Below are positions 6,847 through 15,693 of a DNA stretch of 56,552 nt, one piece after another. Position 1 is the stretch's first letter. The number at the start of each line of letters is the position of its first letter. The position numbers and the translations under genes were made by a program. The notes under the pieces were generated by a model that was given only the letters and a program-made list of their open reading frames with translations, did no database searches and was not told where the DNA came from. The DNA is taken from positions 1 through 56,552 of the forward strand of contig JBDRGD010000005.1 in assembly GCA_043818095.1 (NCBI GenBank). The letters run 5' to 3'. The DNA comes from Chloroflexota bacterium (GTDB lineage: Bacteria; Chloroflexota; Dehalococcoidia; Dehalococcoidales; RBG-16-60-22).

Positions 6847-7287
6847 CTACACCTCCAGCAAATCAAACCCACTCCTCTCATCCGGCAGGCGGGCGGCTTT
6901 CGCCCCCGTGATTTCCGTGACTATCGCCTCCGCCACCAGCCACGTTTTAACCCCGGGGCGCAGGCAGCCGGCGGCGGCTTTGCCCGCCCGCCCCAGCGCC
7001 GCGTGGATGTGCAGCACCGGCTTGCCGTCTTTGTCCGGGGCGATGATGCCCGCCCCCACCACCTCGTGCGCGCCGTCCACGGGGAGAAGGAGGGGGTCGG
7101 GGGGCATCTCCTCCGTCCTGCGCGGGCCCGCCACGATTTCTCCACTCCCGACTCCGCCCACCAGGACAACCTGCGCCACCCTGATGCCCTGCCCCGCCGC
7201 GAACTGCTCCAGGCAGTCCGGGATAACGTCGCCGTCTTCCAGCCGGAGCACGAAGACCCGCCCCAGCCTGCCTTCACTCGCTTTCAT
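6847..7287 (-). CDS. PPC (DUF296) domain DNA-binding protein
   Basis: MKASEGRLGRVFVLRLEDGDVIPDCLEQFAAGQGIRVAQVVLVGGVGSG... ATG at 7287 is preceded by AAGGAGG, so the track's longer N-terminus to 7353 is rejected. Confidence 0.82.
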   Translation of the reverse strand: MKASEGRLGRVFVLRLEDGDVIPDCLEQFAAGQGIRVAQVVLVGGVGSGEIVAGPRRTEEMPPDPLLLPVDGAHEVVGAGIIAPDKDGKPVLHIHAALGRAGKAAAGCLRPGVKTWLVAEAIVTEITGAKAARLPDERSGFDLLEV

Positions 7288-7367
7288 CGGAGACCTCCTT
7301 ATTGCTTTTCCAGTATAGCCGCCGACCCCGCTGGTTGCAATCGGCGCTTTCACCTATAATAAGGAGA

Positions 7368-8093
7368 ATGGCCAGCGAAAGTATTATAAAACTGCTTACC
7401 GGGGCGGGCGTCGGCTCGCGGCGGAAAGTTGCCGCGCTCATCAAGGCGGGCGAGGTAACCGTCAACGGGGAGGCCGTTACCGGCTTCAACCACCCGGTGG
7501 ACGCCGCCCGTGACGAAGTCACCGTCTCCGGAAAGCCCGTGGCGCTGCGCGGGGAAAAGGTGGTCTACCTGCTGATGCACAAGCCGGCGGGAGTGCTTTC
7601 CACGGCAGAAGACGAGCGGGGGCGGCGCACCGTGCTGGACCTCCTGCCCGCCCGGTACCGTCGCTTGCGCCTCTACCCGGTGGGGCGGCTGGACCTGGAC
7701 AGCACGGGGCTGCTGCTGCTCACCAACGACGGCGACCTCACCTACCGGCTGACCCATCCCCGCTACGAGATGCCCAGGGAATACCTCGTGCAGACCGTCG
7801 GCACGCTGAGTCGCCAGGATATTGAGCGACTGGAGGCGGGACTGAACCTGGAGGACGGCAAAACGAGCCCGGCGCGGGTGCGCCCCGTGGTGGCGGACCC
7901 CTTCGATTACAGCATCGTCATCCATGAAGGGAAAAAGCGGCAGGTGCGGCGCATGTTCGGCGCGCTGGGGCACCCGGTGAAAGCGCTGAAAAGGGTGCGC
8001 CTGGGGAGCCTGCAGCTCGGCGCCCTGAAAGAAGGCGAGGTGCGGGAACTGACCGCCGCGGAGGTCAAAGCTTTGCGCGGCAAGCCGAAATAA
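7368..8093 (+). CDS. rRNA pseudouridine synthase (RsuA/RluB family) with N-terminal S4 domain
   Basis: MASESIIKLLTGAGVGSRRKVAALIKAGEVTVNG (S4), and GRLDLDSTGLLLLTNDG catalytic Asp motif. Confidence 0.9.
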   Translation: MASESIIKLLTGAGVGSRRKVAALIKAGEVTVNGEAVTGFNHPVDAARDEVTVSGKPVALRGEKVVYLLMHKPAGVLSTAEDERGRRTVLDLLPARYRRLRLYPVGRLDLDSTGLLLLTNDGDLTYRLTHPRYEMPREYLVQTVGTLSRQDIERLEAGLNLEDGKTSPARVRPVVADPFDYSIVIHEGKKRQVRRMFGALGHPVKALKRVRLGSLQLGALKEGEVRELTAAEVKALRGKPK

Positions 8094-8100
8094 AATGGCC

Positions 8101-9570
8101 CTATTTCTTGCGCTTGCCCGGCCGGTTAACGTCGAGGATTCCCTTCTTCCGGGCCAGCTCGCCCGGCGTGGGGGTCTTGCCGAACTTCCGGAAAAGCCGT
8201 CGGTACTGCGGCAGTGTCTCCGCGGGGAAAGATTTGGGCTTCTCGGAAACGCCCGCATCCGGGGCAGAGGGCGAAAAATCGGGGAAGTGGGGCATCCGGG
8301 GACGCGGTATCCTGAAGACCCAGCCGAAGGGGTCGGCCGGGAGGCGGGGGTTGAAAAACCAGGCGTAGACCGCCCGCAGCGGGGTGCCTTCCAGGAGCAG
8401 CAGTAAGATTGACGAGCCGACGATGCTCAGCAGAATCAGGCCGTAGGTCAGGTCCCGGATAAACTCGCCGCCGACGACCCCACGCTGCAGCGGGACCACC
8501 GCCAGCACGGCGGCCGCCAGCCCTTTCGGCACCATAATCGCCATGAGGGAGGCGTCCCGCACCGGCACGGAACGGGCGACGGTCAGCTTGACCGCCGGGA
8601 TGCGCAGGATGAAGACCAGCACGGTGAAAATCAGCGCCATCTGCACCATCCAGCCGGTGATGATTTGCAGGGAGATTCCCAGGTACACGAAGAAGAACGT
8701 TTTCAGCAGGAAGGCGACCTCGCTGAAGAAAATCCGCTCCGTCTGGTTAAGCCCGCCCGCCTCGCTGTTGCGGGGCTTGCGGAAGACGTAAAAGCGGATG
8801 GATTCGATGTTCCCCAGGGTGATGCCGAAGGCCAGGGAGGCGATGGCGCCGTTAAAGCCCAGTATCTCCACCACGCCGAAGATGATAAAGACGAAAGCCG
8901 GGGTGGTGAACAGGGTGTTCTTGATGGCGTGTATCCGTTTCAGCAGCTTCGCCCAGATAAAGGCGCCGACAATACCGATGATGATAGCCACCAGGAAAGA
9001 AGCAATCAGGCTCCCGGCGACGGGCGCCAAATTGAATTCCCCCATCGTGTAAGCCTCCACGAGGGCGATGGTGAGGACGATGCTCAGGACATCATTCACC
9101 GAGGACTCGACGCCGAGAATCGTCTGGCTGTCCTTGCGCATCTTGAGCTGCTGGATAAGAGGGATGACGATGGCCTCCGAAATGGAGCCGACAATCGCTC
9201 CGAGGATAAAGGAGGGTATCAGCTCCAGGTCCGTGAAAAAGTAAGCGACGCCGGCGGTGGCAAACATCGTCAGGAAAAAACCGACCGTCGCCAGTGCCAT
9301 CGCCCCGGCCACGGAGCGGCGCAGGGTAAGCAGCTCCAGGGTGGTGCCGCTTTCAAAGAGGATGATTATCAGGGTAATCATCGCCAGGACGCCGCCCACA
9401 GCGCCGAACTGCTCCGGAGACGCCAGTCCCAGGACGGGACCGATAGCGATGCCGATGAGTATCAGCAGCAGGACGTCAGGCACCCGCGTGCGGCTGAAGA
9501 TAGCCGTAAAGAGATGGGCGAGGAAGACCATGACGCCCACGAACGCGATGACGGGAGCGATTTCCTGCAT
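8101..9570 (-). CDS. Cation:proton antiporter (Na+/H+ exchanger, CPA1-like)
   Basis: 489 aa polytopic membrane protein with Na_H_Exchanger-like helices and a basic cytoplasmic tail. Confidence 0.88.
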   Translation of the reverse strand: MQEIAPVIAFVGVMVFLAHLFTAIFSRTRVPDVLLLILIGIAIGPVLGLASPEQFGAVGGVLAMITLIIILFESGTTLELLTLRRSVAGAMALATVGFFLTMFATAGVAYFFTDLELIPSFILGAIVGSISEAIVIPLIQQLKMRKDSQTILGVESSVNDVLSIVLTIALVEAYTMGEFNLAPVAGSLIASFLVAIIIGIVGAFIWAKLLKRIHAIKNTLFTTPAFVFIIFGVVEILGFNGAIASLAFGITLGNIESIRFYVFRKPRNSEAGGLNQTERIFFSEVAFLLKTFFFVYLGISLQIITGWMVQMALIFTVLVFILRIPAVKLTVARSVPVRDASLMAIMVPKGLAAAVLAVVPLQRGVVGGEFIRDLTYGLILLSIVGSSILLLLLEGTPLRAVYAWFFNPRLPADPFGWVFRIPRPRMPHFPDFSPSAPDAGVSEKPKSFPAETLPQYRRLFRKFGKTPTPGELARKKGILDVNRPGKRKK

Positions 9571-9600
9571 GCCTGTCCGCCGTCCCTAAAGATATTCCTA

Positions 9601-9629
9601 ACTTTAAAGGGCACTACGGGTATTGTCAA
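9601..9629 (-). promoter_or_regulatory. Sigma70-like promoter for the antiporter gene
   Basis: Reverse strand TTGACA-17 nt-TAAAGT, about 30 nt upstream of the ATG at 9570. Confidence 0.45.
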
Positions 9630-9640
9630 GGGTGCGCCCC

Positions 9641-10222
9641 CTATCCGGTACTGAAGTACTGGAGGGCCAGCCTTACCTTCTCTTCGAGCCCGAGGTCGGC
9701 ATTATCCGGCAGGGAGGCAACGGCCTTGGTGGCTTCCGCGGCGGAGTAGCCCAGGGAGGTGAGAGCGGCCAGCACGTCCGCGTTTTCCCGGACCATCTCC
9801 GGGACCGGCGCGGCGATGCCGGCGCCGATTTTGTCCTTAAGCTCCAGGATGATGCGACTGGCGACTTTTTTCCCGATGCCGGGGACAATCGTGAGCAGGT
9901 CGACGTTGCCGGTAGCAATCGCCAGGATAAGCTGTCCCACGTTGATGGCGGAGAGCATTGCCAGCGCCAGCCTGGGTCCCAGTCCGGAGACGCTGAGGAG
10001 CAACTGGAAAAGGGAAAGCTCTTCCGGCGCGCTGAAGCCGTAAAGGGCGACACCGTCCTCCCGCAGATGCAGGTGGGTGTAAAGTTTGACCTCGCTGTGC
10101 GGCGCCCCCAGCGAGCCCAGTGTGGCCGCGCCCATGTGTACCAGGAAACCGACGCCGCCCACGTTGATTATCGCCCAGCCGGCGCCGATGGTCTCCAGTT
10201 TCCCCTGGAGGCTGTAAATCAT
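9641..10222 (-). CDS. ruvA: Holliday junction DNA helicase subunit RuvA
   Basis: MIYSLQGKL... OB fold, then HhH motifs (LLSVSGLGPRLALAML, IVPGIGKKVASRIILELK). Confidence 0.95.
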   Translation of the reverse strand: MIYSLQGKLETIGAGWAIINVGGVGFLVHMGAATLGSLGAPHSEVKLYTHLHLREDGVALYGFSAPEELSLFQLLLSVSGLGPRLALAMLSAINVGQLILAIATGNVDLLTIVPGIGKKVASRIILELKDKIGAGIAAPVPEMVRENADVLAALTSLGYSAAEATKAVASLPDNADLGLEEKVRLALQYFSTG

Positions 10223-10722
10223 CGCTCCCCTTCCCGGGCCAGCAGCCGGCTCACGTATGTTTCCTGCAAATGGCAGAGGGCTACCGCCAGGGCGTCCGCG
10301 GCGTCATGGGGCTGGGGTATCTCCGCCAGGTTAAGCTGGAGGCGGACCATCTCCTGGACCTGCTCCTTGCTACCGGCGCCGTAGCTGGTGACCTGCTGCT
10401 TGATGCGCGTGGGCGGGTATTCGTAGGAGGGGATTTTCTGATTTGCCGCTGCCAGGAGGGCGATTGCCTGGGCCCGGCCGATTGCCAGCGCGGAGCGGAC
10501 GTTCTTGGCGACGAAAGGCTGCTCCACGGCGACGACGTCCGGACGGTGGCGTGAAATGATAGCGGTAAGCTCCCGGTAGAGATAGCTGAGGCGCTCCGCG
10601 CCGGAGGCGTTTCCCGGGCTGCGCAGGGCCCCGCAGTCAATCATCACGAGGTCATCCCCGCGGGACTCGACCACGCCGTATCCCATCACCAGGGTGCCCG
10701 GGTCAATACCCAAGACCTTCAT
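10219..10722 (-). CDS. ruvC: Crossover junction endodeoxyribonuclease RuvC
   Basis: MKVLGIDPGTLVMGYGV... and DAADALAVALCH. 4-nt overlap with ruvA. Confidence 0.95.
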   Translation of the reverse strand: MKVLGIDPGTLVMGYGVVESRGDDLVMIDCGALRSPGNASGAERLSYLYRELTAIISRHRPDVVAVEQPFVAKNVRSALAIGRAQAIALLAAANQKIPSYEYPPTRIKQQVTSYGAGSKEQVQEMVRLQLNLAEIPQPHDAADALAVALCHLQETYVSRLLAREGER

Positions 10723-10768
10723 TCCTGTCTCTTCTTACCGGGGACAATATTCCGCAGGTAGCGGCGGC

Positions 10769-11527
10769 TTACGCATGCTCGGTCTGGTAGGCTTCCAGCA
10801 CCGCATCCGGGAAGTCAGCGTTGCTGTAAACATTCTGCACGCCGTCGATTTCCTCCAGCCGGTCCAGCAGCTTCAGGGCCTGCTCGGCGGCTTTATCGTC
10901 CAGCGCTACCAGCGATTTGGGGACCATCTGCAGCTCCGAGGAGGTGATGGTCGTGTTCTTCTCTTCGAGTGCTTTCCGAATGTTCTCCATGGAGTCGGGG
11001 CTGGTATAGACCTCCAGGTAGCCGGTATCCACCTTCACATCCTCCGCCCCGGCGTCAATCGCGGCCAGCGCCAGGTCGTCCGTATCACTGTCTCCGGGAT
11101 CAATGGCGATGACGCCCTTGGACTCGAAAAGCCAGGCAACGCAGCCGTTCTCTCCCAGGTTGCCGCCGTGGCGGGTGAAGGCGCTCCTCACGTCCTGGAT
11201 GGTGCGGTTGCGGTTGTCGCTCAGTCCCACGATGAGGATTGCCGTGCCGCTGGGCCCGTAGCCCTCGAGGGTGACCTCGGACAGCCCAGCGCCTTCCAGT
11301 TCGCCGCTGCCCTTCTTGATGGCGCGGTCGATATTGTCCATGGGCATGTTGTTATCGCGCGCCTTCTGAACGGCAAGGCGCAGGCGGAAATTAGCGTCGG
11401 CGCTGGGCCCCGCCTCACGGGTGGCGATGATAATTTCGCGGGTGAGCTTGGTAAAGAGTTGTCCCCGGCGGGCGTCCGCTACACCTTTCTGGTGTTTGAT
11501 TGAATGCCACTTGGAATGCCCCGACAT
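10769..11527 (-). CDS. YebC/PmpR family DNA-binding transcriptional regulator
   Basis: MSGHSKWHSIKHQKGVADARRGQLFTKL. AAGGAG RBS upstream of the ATG at 11527. Classic yebC-ruvC-ruvA order. Confidence 0.95.
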   Translation of the reverse strand: MSGHSKWHSIKHQKGVADARRGQLFTKLTREIIIATREAGPSADANFRLRLAVQKARDNNMPMDNIDRAIKKGSGELEGAGLSEVTLEGYGPSGTAILIVGLSDNRNRTIQDVRSAFTRHGGNLGENGCVAWLFESKGVIAIDPGDSDTDDLALAAIDAGAEDVKVDTGYLEVYTSPDSMENIRKALEEKNTTITSSELQMVPKSLVALDDKAAEQALKLLDRLEEIDGVQNVYSNADFPDAVLEAYQTEHA

Positions 11528-11642
11528 TTCTGCGTACTCCTTGACCTGTTCCGCCGACAGTGCCCATTCTAACATTTTCAAAGGGGGAAAGCAAAGGGGT
11601 TGACGTGATAATTACCCCTTTCCGGGGAGCCCCTCAGGCCGT

Positions 11643-11670
11643 TTGACAGGAAGCCCGGTATAGTTATATC
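11643..11670 (+). promoter_or_regulatory. Possible sigma70-like promoter upstream of the ThDP-enzyme gene
   Basis: TTGACA-16 nt-TATATC. Would give a leader of about 110 nt before the GTG at 11790. Confidence 0.35.
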
Positions 11671-11789
11671 GTTTATTTATCCTGAACAAGCCCCATGAGA
11701 TTCAACCTGGCGGTACAACCCCTGCCCCCGGGACCGTAATCGCGCCGGTGATATAAGAAAAGAGTGATGAATTCGGGAAGGAGCGTCGC

Positions 11790-13511
11790 GTGAATCATTG
11801 CGGAGGCGATATCCTGCTGGCCCTGTTCGAGCGCTACGGCATCGAATACGTCTTCTGCTCGCCGGGCTCGGAGTGGGTGGCCGTCTGGGAAGGGCTCGCC
11901 CGCTGCCGCCAGGAAGGCAGGACCACGGTAAAGTATATCAACTGCCGGCATGAGAGCCTGGCGGTGACGATGGCGATGGGCTATGCTATGGTTACCGGCA
12001 AAGTGCCCGCCGTGCTGCTGCATACCGGACTGGGGGCGTTGAACGCCGCCATGCCCATCCGCATGGCTTATAACACCCACATACCCCTGATGATTTTCAG
12101 CGCCGAGGACGCGGCCCACGGCGATGACGCGGGAGAAATAAAGGGACCCGGACCTCACTGGGTAAGCCAGCTGTCGGACTTCGGAGGCCCCGCGGAACTC
12201 GTCCGGCGTTATGTTAAATGGAGCAACACCGTCCGCAGCCGGATGACCATGCTGGACTCCTTCCACCGGGGCTACGAGATTGCCCTGTCCGCACCGCGGG
12301 GACCCGTCTTCCTGGGCGTAGCACGGGACCTGCTGGTGAAACCCATGTCCCCACTCCCCGCGGGGGCGGGACCGGTAACGGGACAGGACGCCTCCTGTAC
12401 GGGGACGGAGCCCCGGGACCTGGCGGAAGCCGCCCGGCTGCTGGTGGCCAGCCAAGAGCCCGTGATTATCACCGAGTACGCCGGGGCGAACCCCAGGGCG
12501 GTCGACAAGCTGACCGAACTGGCGGAAACGCTGAGCATCCCGGTTTTCCAGAGCATCTATCCCTCCGCCTGTAGCTTCCCGAGAGAGCACCCCCTTTTCC
12601 TGGGCTATAACTCCGCGGAAGCCCTGGCTGAGGCGGACACGGTGCTGGTGGCGGGGAGTGTCACCCCCTGGTACCCGCCTACCGCTTTTCCGCAGAACGG
12701 CGCCAGGGTCATCCTCCTCGATGAAGATACCCGGCACGAGCAGCTCCCCTACTGGAACTACCACGTCGACATCGCTCTCCAGTCGCCGCTGGAACAGGGA
12801 CTGGAAGCGCTGACCGATGCCGTGCGCGAGCAGCTTCCCGGAGAAAAAGCCGCCGGCGGCGGGATTGCCGCGCGGCGGGAACGCTGGCAGCGGAAGCATG
12901 ACGAGCTCCTGGCGCGATGGGAGCAGGAGGCCCTTGCCGGACAGAAAGAGAGCCCGCTCTCTCCCCGCTGGTTCTTCCGGGCGCTCCAGGGGCTCATGCC
13001 CGCGGACACCCTTTTCCTCGAAGAGAGCGTCACCCACAGCCAGCTGGTGCAGCAGAACCTGGCGAGCCCGGGACACTACCGCCGGGTGCATAGCGGCGGA
13101 CTGGGCACGGGATTTGGCATGGCCTGCGGGGCGAAACTCGCCCTGCCGGAGACACCGGTCGTGTTCTTCGTCGGCGACGGCTCTTTCAACTACAGCCCCG
13201 CCCTCGCCGGGCTGGGCGTCTGCCAGGAATACCACCTGCCCCTCTTCACCGTAATCGCCGATAACCGCTGCTACCAGGCGATGCGCCACGGTATCCATTC
13301 CTATTTCCCGGAGGGGTGCTCGGTCAATCAGGGCAAGTACTACGGCGTGGATATCGTTCCTACTCCGGACTACGCCGCCCTGGCGCCGGCTTTCGAGGCC
13401 CACGGGGAGAAGGTGGAAAAGCCGGAGGACATCAGGCCGGCGGTGGAAAGGGCATGGCAGCAGGTGGGACGGGGGAAAGCCGTCCTCCTCGATGCGATAC
13501 TCAGCGCCTGA
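11790..13511 (+). CDS. Thiamine-diphosphate-dependent enzyme (acetolactate synthase / 2-oxoacid decarboxylase superfamily)
   Basis: 573 aa. N-terminal Pyr domain (GIEYVFCSPGSEW), C-terminal ThDP motif GDGSFNY...ADNRCY. Confidence 0.9.
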   Translation: MNHCGGDILLALFERYGIEYVFCSPGSEWVAVWEGLARCRQEGRTTVKYINCRHESLAVTMAMGYAMVTGKVPAVLLHTGLGALNAAMPIRMAYNTHIPLMIFSAEDAAHGDDAGEIKGPGPHWVSQLSDFGGPAELVRRYVKWSNTVRSRMTMLDSFHRGYEIALSAPRGPVFLGVARDLLVKPMSPLPAGAGPVTGQDASCTGTEPRDLAEAARLLVASQEPVIITEYAGANPRAVDKLTELAETLSIPVFQSIYPSACSFPREHPLFLGYNSAEALAEADTVLVAGSVTPWYPPTAFPQNGARVILLDEDTRHEQLPYWNYHVDIALQSPLEQGLEALTDAVREQLPGEKAAGGGIAARRERWQRKHDELLARWEQEALAGQKESPLSPRWFFRALQGLMPADTLFLEESVTHSQLVQQNLASPGHYRRVHSGGLGTGFGMACGAKLALPETPVVFFVGDGSFNYSPALAGLGVCQEYHLPLFTVIADNRCYQAMRHGIHSYFPEGCSVNQGKYYGVDIVPTPDYAALAPAFEAHGEKVEKPEDIRPAVERAWQQVGRGKAVLLDAILSA

Positions 13512-13528
13512 TTGCCGGAGGAAAACGA

Positions 13529-13801
13529 GTGGGCACAAGCATCAGGATACCGCAGCTCTGGGTTGAACTCACGGACGGGGCCTCTGCGGTCGCGGTTTGC
13601 GGCAGCACCGTGGCCGAATGCCTGGACGAACTCACCCGGCGGTATCCCCCTCTCAAAGAAAAGCTCTTTGCCGGGAGCGGCAACCTCCACACCTATATCG
13701 AGGTTTATATCAACGGCGCGAGCGCCTTCCCCGGCGAGCTGAAAAAGCCCGTGGCGGAAGGCGACGAGCTGCAGCTATTGAACATCATCGCGGGCGGATA
13801 G
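13529..13801 (+). CDS. MoaD/ThiS-family ubiquitin-like sulfur-carrier protein (C-terminal GG)
   Basis: 90 aa from a GTG preceded by GGAGGA. Ends ...DELQLLNIIAGG, directly upstream of AOR. Confidence 0.78.
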   Translation: MGTSIRIPQLWVELTDGASAVAVCGSTVAECLDELTRRYPPLKEKLFAGSGNLHTYIEVYINGASAFPGELKKPVAEGDELQLLNIIAGG

Positions 13802-13826
13802 CCCATCGATATCAAAGGAGGAAAAC

Positions 13827-15677
13827 ATGGTCACCAGTGCCGGAAGATTCCTGCGGATTAACCTCTCCACGGGGAAAACGAGCCGGGAGGCAGTCGATGA
13901 GCAGGCCAGGCTGGACTTCGTCGGGGGGCGGGGCTACGGCATCCGCCAACTCTACCGGGAACTTGCCCCGGGAGCGGAGCCGCTGAGTGCCGACAACAAG
14001 CTTATCATCGTCGCCGGAGTGCTGGCCGGGACCTCCGCCCAGGCGGTGTCCCGCTGGATGGTTTACACCAGGAGTCCCCTCACGGGCGCGGTGGCGCGTT
14101 CCGTCTGCGGGGCGGACTTCGGGGCGTGGCTGAAGTTTGCCGGCTACGACTTTCTCCTCCTGGAGGGCAAGGCGGAAAGGCCGGTCTACCTGCACATCAC
14201 CCCGGAGAACTGTGAAATCAAGGACGCCGGGGAGCTCTGGGGAAAGGACACTAAGGTTACCCAGGACATCCTCCTCAAGCGCCACGGGAAGGACACCCGC
14301 TTCGCCTGCATCGGCCCGGCGGGGGAAAAACTGGTGCGCTATGCCTCCGTGGTCAGCGGCCGGCGCACGGCGGGGCGCTGCGGTACCGGCGCGGTCTTCG
14401 GCGCCAAGAACCTGAAAGCCATCGCCATTACCACCCAGCGTAACCTGGACCACCTGCATGACCCGGAGCGCGTGCGGGAGCTGGCGAAGGCGCAGATTGA
14501 TTCCATGATGCAGAGCAAGGGCTTCCTCCGCCATAAAGACATGGGCACGACGGGGACCCAGGTGGTGACCAACGAGGCCGGTATCTTCCCGGTGAAGAAC
14601 TTCCGCTACGGCAGATTGACCGGCTGGGAGAAGCTGCAGGGGGAAGACTACCGCAAACTGCGCACCGGCGAGTTCGGCTGTTACAGCTGCGCCGCCCGCT
14701 GCGGCAAGGCTCACCACGTGAAGGGAGGGCCTTATGACGGGGCCTACAGCGAAGGCCCGGAATACGAGACCATCTGGGCGTTTACCGCCCCGACGGACTG
14801 CCATTCCATCGAGGCGACCATCGCCGCGGACGAGCTGTGCGACGACTTCGGCATGGATACCATCAGCACCGGCAGCAGTATCGGCTTCGCTTTCGAGCTT
14901 TACGAGAAAGGGATTTTAACCAAAAAGGACGTGGACGGTCTGGAGCTTACCTACGGCAACGACCGGGCGATGGTGGAACTGGTCAAAAAGATAGGTAACC
15001 GCGAGGGCATCGGCGACCTCCTGGCGGAGGGCACCCGGCGCGCCGCCGCCACCATCGGCAAGGGTGCGGAGCACTATGCCATCCACGTCAAGGGGCTGGA
15101 GCTGCCCGCTTACGAACCCCGGGGCGCCAAGTCCCAGGGTTACAGCTACGCTACCTCCGCCATCGGTGCGAACCACACCTATGGCTATGCGCGGCAGGAA
15201 ATCTTCGGAGTGCCTATCCCCAGGCCCGTGGACCGCTTTGCCGAAGAGGAGAACGCCGAAATCGTGGTGTACAACCAGGACCGCATCGCCACTTCGGAAA
15301 CGGGCACCGTCTGCGCCTTCGCGGCGGGCTGGCCGTGGTACGATGAAATCTTCCATACCCTGCTGGCGGCGGCCACCGGCGTCGCCGCCTTTGACGATAT
15401 CGAATACATGCGCCAGGTGGGCAAACGCATCGTCACACTGGAAAGAGCATTCAACGTGCGGGAAGGCTTCGGCCGCAAGGATGACAGCCTGCCCGCCCGG
15501 CTGCGGGAAGAGCCGCTGATGACACGGGGAGCGCCCGGCGAAGGACAGACCGTGAGCCACCAGGACGAGTTCCTGGACCGGTATTACCAGCTCCGGGGCT
15601 GGACAGAGGACGGCGTCCCTACGCCGGAGACCCTCCGGGAACTGAACCTGGCTTTCGTGGTGCCGGATATGCCCTGA
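13827..15677 (+). CDS. Aldehyde:ferredoxin oxidoreductase (tungstopterin AOR family)
   Basis: 616 aa. AFOR N-terminal domain (GRFLRINLSTGK...) and AFOR C-terminal domain. AAGGAGG RBS. Confidence 0.95.
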   Translation: MVTSAGRFLRINLSTGKTSREAVDEQARLDFVGGRGYGIRQLYRELAPGAEPLSADNKLIIVAGVLAGTSAQAVSRWMVYTRSPLTGAVARSVCGADFGAWLKFAGYDFLLLEGKAERPVYLHITPENCEIKDAGELWGKDTKVTQDILLKRHGKDTRFACIGPAGEKLVRYASVVSGRRTAGRCGTGAVFGAKNLKAIAITTQRNLDHLHDPERVRELAKAQIDSMMQSKGFLRHKDMGTTGTQVVTNEAGIFPVKNFRYGRLTGWEKLQGEDYRKLRTGEFGCYSCAARCGKAHHVKGGPYDGAYSEGPEYETIWAFTAPTDCHSIEATIAADELCDDFGMDTISTGSSIGFAFELYEKGILTKKDVDGLELTYGNDRAMVELVKKIGNREGIGDLLAEGTRRAAATIGKGAEHYAIHVKGLELPAYEPRGAKSQGYSYATSAIGANHTYGYARQEIFGVPIPRPVDRFAEEENAEIVVYNQDRIATSETGTVCAFAAGWPWYDEIFHTLLAAATGVAAFDDIEYMRQVGKRIVTLERAFNVREGFGRKDDSLPARLREEPLMTRGAPGEGQTVSHQDEFLDRYYQLRGWTEDGVPTPETLRELNLAFVVPDMP

Positions 15678-15693
15678 CGCCGCGGGGGCTTTA

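Noticed and set aside
6847-7353. Long N-terminal extensions suggested by the ORF track for several genes (DUF296 to 7353, pseudouridine synthase from 7302, YebC to 11581, membrane protein to 17353, rsgA to 1869, serA from 20737, Zn-ribbon from 22531, dctP from 43692, CoA-transferase B to 48718, MFS to 52136 and 53571, MBL from 54223, amidohydrolase to 40507).
   Set aside because: In each case an internal ATG or GTG is preceded by a GGAGG-type RBS and coincides with the conserved family N-terminus. The upstream extensions are Arg/Pro-rich or overlap neighbouring genes or promoters.
11673-13538. 621-aa ORF antisense to the ThDP-enzyme gene, along with many similar long antisense or off-frame ORFs. 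Examples: 838-1554, 2254-2958, 3544-4317, 7350-8258, 8665-9654, 13812-14804, 14916-16052, 17491-18558, 18586-19587, 20800-22200, 26053-27531, 28739-29800, 32026-33234, 33393-34685, 35447-36421, 40663-41805, 44088-44858, 44874-45671, 47050-47868, 48694-49686, 49819-50877, 50052-51575, 52423-53685.
   Set aside because: These are typical GC-rich shadow ORFs. Their translations are Arg/Gly/Pro/Ala-rich low-complexity sequences with no recognisable motifs, and each overlaps a gene on the other strand or frame that has clear family signatures.
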